The notes beneath the pieces are model-generated. The model was given only the letters and a program-made list of their open reading frames with translations, was not told the origin of the DNA and ran no database searches. A program made the translations under genes and the position numbers. A DNA stretch of 64,000 nt. It comes from an uncultured Verrucomicrobiae bacterium (lineage in GTDB: Bacteria > Verrucomicrobiota > Verrucomicrobiia > Chthoniobacterales > Terrimicrobiaceae). The DNA lies in NCBI GenBank assembly GCA_963706955.1, contig CAVPOC010000004.1, forward strand, positions 64,001 to 128,000. The letters run 5' to 3'. Below, piece after piece: positions 20,562 through 29,873 of the stretch (position 1 is its first letter; each line of letters begins with the position of its first letter).

Positions 20562-21704
20562 CTACGAGGCGGAACTGCGCCAGGCAGGTCGGCCGCTTTT
20601 GGGTAGCAGGCTGCTGACCATCATCAACTCGCCAACGTTCTCCGGAGTGATGAGACCGCGCAACCTGCCGAAACGATCCACCACCGGGAGCGCAGGAAAC
20701 GCGCTTTCCTGCATAAGCTGAAACGCCTTGTCAAATGGCTCGTCTGCCCGGACCGTCGGCAGGTCGCGCTGCATGACATCCGCGACCGCCGCTGTCGATC
20801 CTTTTTGCTTTAATGCGGCGATCAGCCTGTCTCGTGTGAGGACGCCGAGGATTCGATCCTCTGAATCCACTACCGGAAACTCATGCTGGGATGTGCGAAG
20901 GAGCGCTTCCACGGCATCCTCCAACGTGGCCTCGGGAGGAAGTCTTACCAAGTGCGTCACCATTGCCTCGGAGACCGTCAGATTTAAGGAGAGGTCCTTC
21001 AATTGGGCCATCGCGGCCTCTTGCTGGGCGCCAAGAAAGATGAAGAGGGCAATGAAGATGAGCAGCGGATTGCTAAACAGTCCAGTGAAACCAAAGACCG
21101 ATGAAACCAAAGACATGAAACCAAAGACAAATGCGAGTGCCTGCCCGATCCAGGCTGCAATCTGGGTGGCGCGCGCGTAGGGAAGAACCATTGCGAGGAG
21201 CGCACGAAGCACGCGTCCCCCATCCATCGGGAAGGCTGGGATCAGGTTGAAGAGCACCAACATCACATTGACCGAGGTTAGCTTCGTGAGCATGCCGACG
21301 CTCGGGTGCTCAACTTGTTCGAGATTCTCGATCGCTGCCGAATGGCCGAGGATGAGAGTGAGCACAACAGCTATGCCCACGTTAACCAGAGGGCCAGCAA
21401 TCGCGACAATCAATTCCTGCCAAGGCTTATCCGGCATACGCTGAAGTCGGGCCACCCCACCAATTGGGAGCAGCGTGATATCAGGCGTGGGAATCCCAAA
21501 AGCGCGCGCCGCCAGCACGTGGCCAAATTCGTGAAGCAGAACGCAGCCAAAGAGCGCCAGGATAAAGAGCACGCCTGGGATGGCGGCGGCCGCGCCTCCT
21601 AGCTGATAATAAGAGAATCCAATCCATGCCACAAACAGGAGGAACGTAATGTGGATGCGCACCTCGGTTCCGGCGACGCGAGCGATTCTGACCGACCAGC
21701 GCAT
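20562..21704 (-). CDS. Site-2 protease (M50) with C-terminal CBS pair
   Basis: HEFGH, AGPLVN, NLIPAFPMDGGR, two CBS domains. Confidence 0.93.
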   Translation of the reverse strand: MRWSVRIARVAGTEVRIHITFLLFVAWIGFSYYQLGGAAAAIPGVLFILALFGCVLLHEFGHVLAARAFGIPTPDITLLPIGGVARLQRMPDKPWQELIVAIAGPLVNVGIAVVLTLILGHSAAIENLEQVEHPSVGMLTKLTSVNVMLVLFNLIPAFPMDGGRVLRALLAMVLPYARATQIAAWIGQALAFVFGFMSLVSSVFGFTGLFSNPLLIFIALFIFLGAQQEAAMAQLKDLSLNLTVSEAMVTHLVRLPPEATLEDAVEALLRTSQHEFPVVDSEDRILGVLTRDRLIAALKQKGSTAAVADVMQRDLPTVRADEPFDKAFQLMQESAFPALPVVDRFGRLRGLITPENVGELMMVSSLLPKSGRPAWRSSAS

Positions 21705-21818
21705 GGCCTTGAGAATCGCTCCTTTCTTGACCGTGCGCAAGACGCATGGAACTTCGCGCCTGACGCTCCCATTAGCCTTTGCCATTGCTCCAGCACAACG
21801 ATAGCGTCGCGAGAGCCT

Positions 21819-24218
21819 ATGGCGACGAACGAGAGCAAGAATTCACCAGGGCGTGCCTTTGGTGCGCCGGGCATCGACCCCCGCTGGACGCACAGCGCCA
21901 AAGAGGGGATCGGGACGGCTTACCATACGAGCTGTCATGTCTGGTTCACGCTGAGCCACGGCATTCTTAATGAAATCTACTATCCGACCATTGACCAGCC
22001 GAACACGCGCGATGCGCAATTGCTCATCACGGACGGCGAGAGTTTTCTGCACGAGGAGAAGCGAGATTTGCAGCACGAGGTCAATTATCCGGAGCGCAAT
22101 TGTTTGCTTTACCGGCTCGTCAATTCTGATCCGGCAGGCCGTTACCGTATCATCAAACACGTGCTGGCGGATCCGCATCGCTCGGTGGTGCTCATGCACA
22201 TTCGACTCGAAGCTCCCGATGTCGTGCTGCGTCGTCAACTGAAGGTGTTCGTTCTTCTCGCACCGCACCTCATGAGGGGCGGTGCCGACAACTCCGCGTG
22301 GGTTTGCGAGTTCGCCGGTCGGAAGCTCTTCCATGTCGCCCGGGAAGGCACTCACCTCTCGCTGGGCTGCAATCCCGATTTTGTGCGCCGCTCGGTTGGC
22401 TATTCCGGTGCCAGTGACGGATGGCGCGACCTCATGGATAACTTTCAAATGGACTGGGAGTTCCGGGCGGCGGAAGGCGGAAATGTCGCGCTGACCGCGG
22501 AATTGGATCCTTCCCAGAACGAGTGGACCGTAGGGATCGCCCTGGGGCGCAGTGCGCAAAGCTCGGCGACCAAGCTCTTACAGTCGCTCGCCGATCCATT
22601 TGATGCCCACCGCGCGGGCTACGTGCGGCAGTGGCATCGCGCTGAGATCGAGGCTGATTACGACTTGAGTGACCAGACGGGTGATGAGGGGGGAATGTAT
22701 CGGCTCAGCCGTTGCGTGCTCCTGGCGCATGAGGACAAGCTGTTTCAGGGCGCTCTCATTGCTTCGCTGAGTATTCCCTGGGGAGAGACTAAAAGCGATG
22801 ACGAGCTCGGCGGTTATCACCTAGTCTGGACGCGAGACCTGGTGCAGAGCGCTACCGCGCTGCTCGCCACTGGGCAAAGCGATACCCCATTGCGCGCTCT
22901 GATCTGGCTGGCTTGCATTCAGAAAGGTGACGGTGACTTTCCGCAGAATAGCTGGATCGACGGCAGAGCTTACTGGAGCGGCGTGCAGTTGGATGAGATT
23001 GCCTCGCCCATCCTGCTCGCCTGGAGACTTCATCGGGAAGGCAAGCTGACGACTTTTGACCCTTGGCACATGATCGCCAAGGCAACGCGCTTTCTGCTTC
23101 TTCAAGGTCCCGTCACAGGCCAGGAGCGGTGGGAAGAGCAGTCGGGCTACTCTCCATCTACGCTGGCAATGGTGATTGCGGCGCTGGTATGTGCTTCGGA
23201 ATTCGCACGCGCCCGCAGTGAGAATGAGGTCGCCGAGATCACCCTAACCTACGCCGATTGGCTCGCCTCGCACCTCGAGGACTGGATGGTTACCTCGCGG
23301 GGTGAGCTCGTCCCAGGGGTGCCGCGGCACTACATTCGGATCACCCCTTGCGATCCGACCGCCATTGATCCGCACCCCGAGGTGGATACGCTGGAGATTC
23401 AGCTTGCCAATGGCGCGGGGCGACACGCTGCGCGCAACGTCGTCGGTGGCGACTTCCTTCATCTCGTTCGTCTCGGAATTCGAGATCCAGATGATCCGGT
23501 GATTCTTGACTCAATCAAGGTGATCGACCAGGTGATCCGGCGCGAGTTGCCGCAAGGACCATGCTGGAGGCGTTACAACCACGATGCCTACGGTCAGAAA
23601 GATGACGGATCGGCATTTGACGGCACCGGGGTGGGTCGTTGCTGGCCGATTCTCACTGGCGAACGCGGACACTACGAGCTAGCGGCAGGAAACGATCCCC
23701 TGCCATATCTTCGCGCACTCGAGTGCATGGCCAATGAAGGTGGCATGCTGGCTGAGCAGCTCTGGGACGATGCTGAACTTGCCGATGGCAGTTTCAAATG
23801 CGGTAAGCCAACCGGGTCGGCGATGCCCCTATGCTGGTCGCACGCCGAGTATGTGAGCCTGGTTCGCAGCCGGCGCGATCGGGTGGTATTCGATCGGATC
23901 GAGCCGGCGTATCAGCGCTATGTCGCGGCGCCTGTGCTCAGTCGCTATGAAATCTGGAGCTTCCGCCATCAAACCCGGCAGGTCGCACGTACAAGAACGC
24001 TTCGACTGCTTACAGGGGCACGCGCGGTGGTCCGCTGGACCCGTAATGAATGGCAGGATGCGGACGATCTTGAATGCACCCGTAGTGCGTTGCCCGACCT
24101 ATTCGTCACAGATCTTCCCACGGCCGAGCTACCCGCCGGAACGGCGCTCGAATTTACTTTTCATTGGTTCGACGTTGACAAATGGGAGGGGCGCAACTTC
24201 TCGGCACACATCAAGTGA
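21819..24218 (+). CDS. GH15 glucoamylase / glucan 1,4-alpha-glucosidase
   Basis: ASLSIPWG, GGYHLVWTRD, QLDE, QERWEE, RYNHDAYG, LAEQLWD, SAMPLCWSHAEY. Confidence 0.92.
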   Translation: MATNESKNSPGRAFGAPGIDPRWTHSAKEGIGTAYHTSCHVWFTLSHGILNEIYYPTIDQPNTRDAQLLITDGESFLHEEKRDLQHEVNYPERNCLLYRLVNSDPAGRYRIIKHVLADPHRSVVLMHIRLEAPDVVLRRQLKVFVLLAPHLMRGGADNSAWVCEFAGRKLFHVAREGTHLSLGCNPDFVRRSVGYSGASDGWRDLMDNFQMDWEFRAAEGGNVALTAELDPSQNEWTVGIALGRSAQSSATKLLQSLADPFDAHRAGYVRQWHRAEIEADYDLSDQTGDEGGMYRLSRCVLLAHEDKLFQGALIASLSIPWGETKSDDELGGYHLVWTRDLVQSATALLATGQSDTPLRALIWLACIQKGDGDFPQNSWIDGRAYWSGVQLDEIASPILLAWRLHREGKLTTFDPWHMIAKATRFLLLQGPVTGQERWEEQSGYSPSTLAMVIAALVCASEFARARSENEVAEITLTYADWLASHLEDWMVTSRGELVPGVPRHYIRITPCDPTAIDPHPEVDTLEIQLANGAGRHAARNVVGGDFLHLVRLGIRDPDDPVILDSIKVIDQVIRRELPQGPCWRRYNHDAYGQKDDGSAFDGTGVGRCWPILTGERGHYELAAGNDPLPYLRALECMANEGGMLAEQLWDDAELADGSFKCGKPTGSAMPLCWSHAEYVSLVRSRRDRVVFDRIEPAYQRYVAAPVLSRYEIWSFRHQTRQVARTRTLRLLTGARAVVRWTRNEWQDADDLECTRSALPDLFVTDLPTAELPAGTALEFTFHWFDVDKWEGRNFSAHIK

Positions 24219-24343
24219 TTCTAACGGCGTTTCTCGCCATCACCGGTCTTCCGCGCATCAATCTCAAATCGACTCTTCGATGAGGTCGAGTTCTCCGCTA
24301 AAATGGGCAACCGCACTGTTGAAGCGCGCGAATTTCGTAATAT

Positions 24344-25198
24344 TTAGGCCGCCGCGGGTCTTCTCTTTTGCTTGAGAAGGGCGTTGGTGGAACGCACGCG
24401 CCCAGAACTCTTCTGCGCCGGTTTTCTTGTGCCGACTTTTTGCAGACTTTCTTGGAGAACAGCCACCAGGTCGACGACGTTCGGCGCCATTTTGGGAGCG
24501 GCCGGTCTGCCAGCCGGTAGCTTCTTGAGGGCCTTTTGTTCGATCATTTCCATGAGCGCGTTTGTGTACTGGTCTTTATACTTCTCAGGCTCCCAGTCAG
24601 CGGCCATTTGCTCGATGAGCGTCTTGGCCATCTCCAGTTCCTTCGGAGCGACGTCCTTTTCGGAGGCAGATTTCAGCGTCTCAGGCTCCAGGACTTCATG
24701 GGCAAAGTGCATGAGTTCCAAGATGAGAAAGAGCCCATCCGGCTTGACGGCTGCCAAATACTCTCGCCGCTGGATGACGACTTTCGCTATCCCCACTTTG
24801 CCCGTTTCGACGAGTGCCTTGTGAAGCAGCGAGTAGGTTTTGTCTCCCCCTTTTTGAGGCTCCAGAAAGTACGGCCTGTAGAAGAACTTCGGATTGATCT
24901 GGGCCTGCTCGACGAAGTCGGTAATCTCGATGGAATGGGTCGATTCGATCTTTACCTTTTCGAAATCCTCTTCTTCCAGGGTAACCCAATGCCCCTTCTC
25001 GTATTCAAACCCCTTGACAATCTCATCCGGTTTGACCTCCTTTTCGTCCGCTTCCGCGACTTTCTTGTAGCGGATCGGGCTGAGATCACGCGCCCGCAGC
25101 TGGCGGAAGCTGATTTTCTCTTCCCGCGTGGCGGGATAGACCGCCACCGGTATGTAAACGAGCCCAAAGGTGATGCCACCCTTCCAGATCGCACGCAT
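24344..25198 (-). CDS. ku: NHEJ DNA end-binding protein Ku
   Basis: MRAIWKGGITFGLVYIPV, IVKGFEY, YKDQY, NVVDL..LQESL, basic tail. Confidence 0.95.
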   Translation of the reverse strand: MRAIWKGGITFGLVYIPVAVYPATREEKISFRQLRARDLSPIRYKKVAEADEKEVKPDEIVKGFEYEKGHWVTLEEEDFEKVKIESTHSIEITDFVEQAQINPKFFYRPYFLEPQKGGDKTYSLLHKALVETGKVGIAKVVIQRREYLAAVKPDGLFLILELMHFAHEVLEPETLKSASEKDVAPKELEMAKTLIEQMAADWEPEKYKDQYTNALMEMIEQKALKKLPAGRPAAPKMAPNVVDLVAVLQESLQKVGTRKPAQKSSGRVRSTNALLKQKRRPAAA

Positions 25199-25347
25199 GT
25201 GCAAAGCAAAGCATTTAAGTGCAATACATTCAACTCTAACTTAGTGCCGCCCGATTGTGGCCACCGGCACGGCCTGAGCGCAGGCGTCTCCGTCGCCGCT
25301 TATTCACCCGGCGCTTGGGGCAGTCGGGCGAGGGCTTATTCAGACTA

Positions 25348-25809
25348 ATGCCCAAGAGAAGCGCGGGAATTGTGGTTTTCAAGCGGAAGGATGCTCGACT
25401 TGAAGTGCTGTTGGTCCACCCGGGTGGTCCCTTGTGGAAGAACAAAGATACAGGTGCTTGGAGCATACCCAAAGGCGAACCGGAAGAGGGCGAAGAATTG
25501 CTCTCGGCCGCGCAGCGTGAACTTCGCGAGGAAATTGGGCTTGAACCGAAGGGGGACTTGAAAGACCTGGGATCCATCCAGCAAAAGGGCGGCAAGACAG
25601 TTCATGCTTGGGCGTTCGAGGTGGATGCGGACATGGTGGTTGCGCAGGTCAGTAATTCGTTCGAATTGGAGTGGCCTCCACGCTCGGGAAAGAGGCAGAC
25701 ATTTCCGGAGATTGACCGTGCCGAGTTCTTTAGCCTCGAGGAGGCGGCAATTAGGATAAACCAAGCTCAACGAGCTTTTCTCGAACGATTGAGCATGAGG
25801 ATGCAGTAG
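25348..25809 (+). CDS. NUDIX-domain protein
   Basis: LLVHPGGP, WSIPKGE..AAQRELREEIG Nudix box, EWPPRSGK..FPEIDR. Confidence 0.92.
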   Translation: MPKRSAGIVVFKRKDARLEVLLVHPGGPLWKNKDTGAWSIPKGEPEEGEELLSAAQRELREEIGLEPKGDLKDLGSIQQKGGKTVHAWAFEVDADMVVAQVSNSFELEWPPRSGKRQTFPEIDRAEFFSLEEAAIRINQAQRAFLERLSMRMQ

Positions 25810-25844
25810 TCGCAAGTCTTTGTGACTCGCCGGCCCCTGGAATC

Positions 25845-27446
25845 TCAATAGTGAGCCTCGACGAGTCGAGCGTCAGCCAGATCGATATCGCGCTGCACCA
25901 GGCGCAATGTCTCATCATTGATTTGATGCTGGTTCCGAAGTTCGACGAGCGTCTGGCGCTCGACCTGCAATGCCTCACGAACGAGATGGTTGAAATGAGA
26001 GGCGGGAAGTAGCGTCGGATCCGGCTCGGCTCTGAGCTCATCGCAATAATCTAATTGCGCCAGGCGCTCGCGGTATTCTTCTCGCAGTCGGGAAAGGCGC
26101 TCAACATGATGACTCTTCTGACTTGGTTTGTCTGCCAACCCCTCCACGTAAGCTAAGGCAGCTTGATTCGCCGTTTTGCGCGCGATCCGCTCCTCCCTGT
26201 GCGACTCGCCGTCGTCCTCTATCCCCAGCGCACGAACCAAGATCGGCAGCGTCAGTCCTTGGAATACCAGCGTTACCAGAATCACTGAAAAGGATAGGAA
26301 TATGATCTCGTTGCGGCCTGGAAACGGATCACCACCGGCAGTGGTAAGAGGTAGAGCGAGTGCTGCGGCCAGGGAAACGACTCCGCGCATTCCCGACCAA
26401 GCCACGATGAAGACTTGTTGCCAGCGAGAGTCCGAATCATCCGGGCGCATTCTCGCGCGGAAGAGACGCGGCAGGTAAGCTGCCGAAAAGACCCAGAGGA
26501 TGCGCGTCAGCACCACGGTCGCGCTCACCGCGGCGGCGTAGAAGAGAAGCGTCGCCCACGATTCGGTGGCAAGCCCGCTCACTACAGCCGGCAACTGCAG
26601 TCCGATGAGAATGAAAATGATTCCGTTCAGGAGGAAGACAATCATGCGCCAGAAGGAGAATGCTTCGAGACGCGTGCGCGCCGTGATCATCAACGGCGAG
26701 CGCCAACCGATATAAAGCCCGGAGGTAACCACCGCGAGGATACCAGAGAGACCCAATTGCTCTGCGGGAAGATACGCCGCAAAGGGTGTAAGAAGCGAAA
26801 TGGTAATCTGAACTGGAGGATCATCGAGGCGACGCTGAAGCCAGTGAACTCCGGCCGCTAGGGCCCACCCCACGAGAACACCGCCGATGGCGACTACAGG
26901 AATCTTGAGGACTGCGTCCGTTAACGAAAACGTTCCTGTTAGCACAGCCGCGATGCCGAAGCGGTAAACCACCAACGCGATTGCGTCGTTGACAAGACTC
27001 TCGCCTTCGAGAATGGCGACAATTCGGCGGGGAATCTGCATCCTTTGCAGGACGGCGGTCGCAGCAATAGCGTCCGGAGGAGAAACGATCGCTCCGAGAA
27101 TCAAGGCTGCGGGCCATGGGAGACCTGGAATTAGTGCATGCGCCACCAGAGCGACCGAAACCGTTGTCATGAGCACCAGTCCTAAAGCGAGAAACGTGAT
27201 CGCTCGAATATTGCGGACGAAGTCGCGCCAGGACGTGAATAACGCCGCCGGGTAAAGCAACGGCGGGAGGAACAGAAGGAGGGCCAGCTCCGGATCAAAA
27301 CCGACGTGCGGCAGAAAGGGGATCATGCTAAGCGCTAGGCCGCTTAGCACCAGCAGCACCGGGTATGGCAAGTTGATGCGTCTAGCGACAACGTCAAGCC
27401 CAGCCACGATCATCAGGAGAAAGCAGATCAGCTCGATCTCAGCCAC
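25845..27446 (-). CDS. CPA1-family Na+/H+ antiporter
   Basis: FLPPLLY, SPPDAIA, ILEGESLVNDA, GMRGVVSLAAAL. Confidence 0.93.
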   Translation of the reverse strand: MAEIELICFLLMIVAGLDVVARRINLPYPVLLVLSGLALSMIPFLPHVGFDPELALLLFLPPLLYPAALFTSWRDFVRNIRAITFLALGLVLMTTVSVALVAHALIPGLPWPAALILGAIVSPPDAIAATAVLQRMQIPRRIVAILEGESLVNDAIALVVYRFGIAAVLTGTFSLTDAVLKIPVVAIGGVLVGWALAAGVHWLQRRLDDPPVQITISLLTPFAAYLPAEQLGLSGILAVVTSGLYIGWRSPLMITARTRLEAFSFWRMIVFLLNGIIFILIGLQLPAVVSGLATESWATLLFYAAAVSATVVLTRILWVFSAAYLPRLFRARMRPDDSDSRWQQVFIVAWSGMRGVVSLAAALALPLTTAGGDPFPGRNEIIFLSFSVILVTLVFQGLTLPILVRALGIEDDGESHREERIARKTANQAALAYVEGLADKPSQKSHHVERLSRLREEYRERLAQLDYCDELRAEPDPTLLPASHFNHLVREALQVERQTLVELRNQHQINDETLRLVQRDIDLADARLVEAHY

Positions 27447-27730
27447 ATTGTGACCAAAGAAGATTTCTGATTCCTTGGCAAGCTACGCACTCAGCGATGC
27501 GATCGATTGGCGGGAACCCTTTTCAGTTCATCAGGACAGCGATTTGCCGACCACAGAATGCTCTCACAGCTTCGGTCCGAATCGCGCGTCGACTTTCTCT
27601 GATCCTTACTAGATTAGAGTTCGCGGCACGCGCCTTCGCCATGGCCGTTTACCCCGTGCGCCAAGGGATGCGAGAGCAGGTGGCGGAACCCGCCCCGAAT
27701 CGCAGAAAATCCCCTGCCGTCACTCCAGAA

Positions 27731-28148
27731 CTAACGGGTGGACGGAATGACTAGTCTTTGCCCAAGTTGGAGAGGGGCTTGCTTCGAAATGCGATTGGCT
27801 TGGACAAGCATGTCCAGGCTCACATGGTATCGCTTGGCGATGGACGTCAGGGTTTCGCCCTTGGTCACGACGTGGGTCGCCTTGGTAAGCTTTTTGGGCG
27901 AGAGCCTTATTCCTAATGCCGCGCTGCTCTTCGACAAAGGATTTGAGCGAGGGATCGATCTCGACAATTCGTCGATCGAGCTCATCGTTCGCTTTCCGAA
28001 AGGCTGCTCGAACCTTCGGGTCCTTGAGCGCAATTTTTCTAACTTGACTGTATTCATCTGCCAGGTCGCTGCCGTGGACCGTGGTCACTGGTGCGATTCC
28101 AACCATAGCCGCGGCGCAAACTAGACCGGCAAACTGTAAAAGCTTCAT
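27731..28148 (-). CDS. Secreted LysM-domain protein, frameshift near 27890
   Basis: Signal peptide, helical segment, then THVVTKGETLTSIAKRYHVS..LVQANRI..LQLGQRLVIP in another frame. Confidence 0.8.
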
Positions 28149-28209
28149 CTTTCGAGCATGCCTACTCGAAAGGCAAATTCCGAAGGAAAATTTTCGCCTG
28201 ACAGCCCGA

Positions 28210-29112
28210 TCAGGTTAGTCGCGAGCGGAAATCCACAAACAGCGATCCCCCATTTTTTCCCGGATGAGGACCGTGGCCATTGGCGCGAGCACGTTCCTTG
28301 CGGGCAAGACCATCGCGAAGCTTGTTCAGGGCGACTTTCTGGAGTTGGCGAACACGCTCCCGCGTGACGCCAAATTTCTCACCCACTTCTCCGAGGGTCT
28401 CGGGCCTTTGTCCGCCAAGCCCAAAGCGTGAGTTGATGATCTCGCGTTCTCGGTCGTTGAGCAGATCGAGTAGTTCTCCGACTTCTGCAAGCATGTCCTT
28501 GTCGCGAAGTCGTTCAAATGGACTCTCCATCTCCTCGTCGCTGAGCACATCTCGAAACTGGAGAGACTCGTCTCCCTGGATGGGCCGATCCAAGGAGGTC
28601 GGGCGAACGGCTACGTTCTTTAGCTCTCGTATTTTGGAGACCGACAGCCCAATCTCTTCAGCCAACTCGTCATCGGTCGGTTCTCGGCCGAGTTCCTCCA
28701 TCATGCGGGAAGAAACCCGACGAATCTTTCCTATCTTATCGACGAGGTGAACTGGCAGGCGAATGGTCTTTCCCTGGTTGGCCAGAGCGCGGCGAATCGA
28801 CTCCTTGATCCACCAGGCTGCATAGGTACTTAGCTTTCCACCCTTTGCCGGATCGAATCGTTCCACGGCTTTCATCAGGCCGATATTCCCTTCTGAGATC
28901 AAATCCAGCAAAGGTAGGCCAAAGTTGGCGTAGTCCCGGGCAATTCTCACAACCAGCTTTAGATTTGCGCGCACCATATCTGCGCGCGCTTGCTGGTCTC
29001 CAAGTTTGATTCTCGCGGCCAGCTCGACCTCCTGCTCCGCGGTCAGCAAAGGAAACTTGGCGATTTGCCGTAAATAGATCTGAAAGCTTGTTTCCTCTTC
29101 TCCGGGGGTCAT
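28210..29112 (-). CDS. Group-2-type sigma70 factor (RpoD/RpoS-like, lacking region 1.1)
   Basis: YLRQIAKFPLLT, NLKLVV, DLISEGNIGLMKAVERFD, STYAAWWI, TIRLPVH, VTRERVRQ. Confidence 0.93.
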   Translation of the reverse strand: MTPGEEETSFQIYLRQIAKFPLLTAEQEVELAARIKLGDQQARADMVRANLKLVVRIARDYANFGLPLLDLISEGNIGLMKAVERFDPAKGGKLSTYAAWWIKESIRRALANQGKTIRLPVHLVDKIGKIRRVSSRMMEELGREPTDDELAEEIGLSVSKIRELKNVAVRPTSLDRPIQGDESLQFRDVLSDEEMESPFERLRDKDMLAEVGELLDLLNDREREIINSRFGLGGQRPETLGEVGEKFGVTRERVRQLQKVALNKLRDGLARKERARANGHGPHPGKNGGSLFVDFRSRLT

Positions 29113-29117
29113 TTGTA

Positions 29118-29137
29118 CGTCTCTATGTATAGAGACG
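29118..29137 (-). promoter_or_regulatory. Palindrome over the ribosome-binding region of the sigma gene
   Basis: CGTCTCTAT-GT-ATAGAGACG, a perfect 9-bp inverted repeat ending 5 nt before the ATG. Confidence 0.5.
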
Positions 29138-29340
29138 ATCGCCGCTCGGTAACTTGCCGAATTTCTTAACAGTCCCAGACTGTAAAAAATCAGTAGCTGA
29201 AGTAAGAAAGGAGGTAGCGGTTTCCCGTTAGAACCTTTCTATCAGCTATTTGCCGAAATTCCTGGCTGTCTACCCTGGGCAGGTGAACCTGTGTGAAAAG
29301 CGGTATGCTTTTGCCGTATCGAGGGAGTAATCTCCTCCGA

Positions 29341-29787
29341 ATGGGAAATGAGCGGCTGCTGCGCGAAACGGAAGAGTTCTTCTACGAGAAGATTCCAATC
29401 ACCCGCGCGATGGGCGTTCGAGTCACCAAGTACGATGGGAATGAGTTCAGACTGACAGCGCCGATCGCTCTAAACCACAACCATCTTGGCACCGCTTTTG
29501 GCGGAAGCTTGAGCGCCATGGCTACACTCGCCGGCTATGGTCTAATTTGGCTTGAGATGGGAGACAAGATGGCTCACGTGGTCATCCGTAATAGCGAGCT
29601 TTCTTTTCGCCGGCCTGTGCGCCGCGAGATCGAGGCCATTTGCCGGCGTCCGAGCGGAGATGAGTTGGCGATGTTCAACAACGCCTTTGCCGAGCATCAC
29701 AAAGCGAAAATTAGTCTGGATGTAACCATTGAAGAAGAGGGCCTTGTTGCGGTCGAGTTCCGTGGACTTTTCGTCGCCCTGAGATAG
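29341..29787 (+). CDS. YiiD C-terminal (hot-dog fold thioesterase) protein
   Basis: IPITRAMG, APIALNHNHLGTAFGGSL. Confidence 0.88.
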   Translation: MGNERLLRETEEFFYEKIPITRAMGVRVTKYDGNEFRLTAPIALNHNHLGTAFGGSLSAMATLAGYGLIWLEMGDKMAHVVIRNSELSFRRPVRREIEAICRRPSGDELAMFNNAFAEHHKAKISLDVTIEEEGLVAVEFRGLFVALR

Positions 29788-29873
29788 TCGCCTGCCAGCT
29801 CGAATATCATGGGAAAGCGTGCCACCTGTGCCGATCAGCCGGGTAGCGGAGCTCCTCTTGACCGCGTTTTCTC

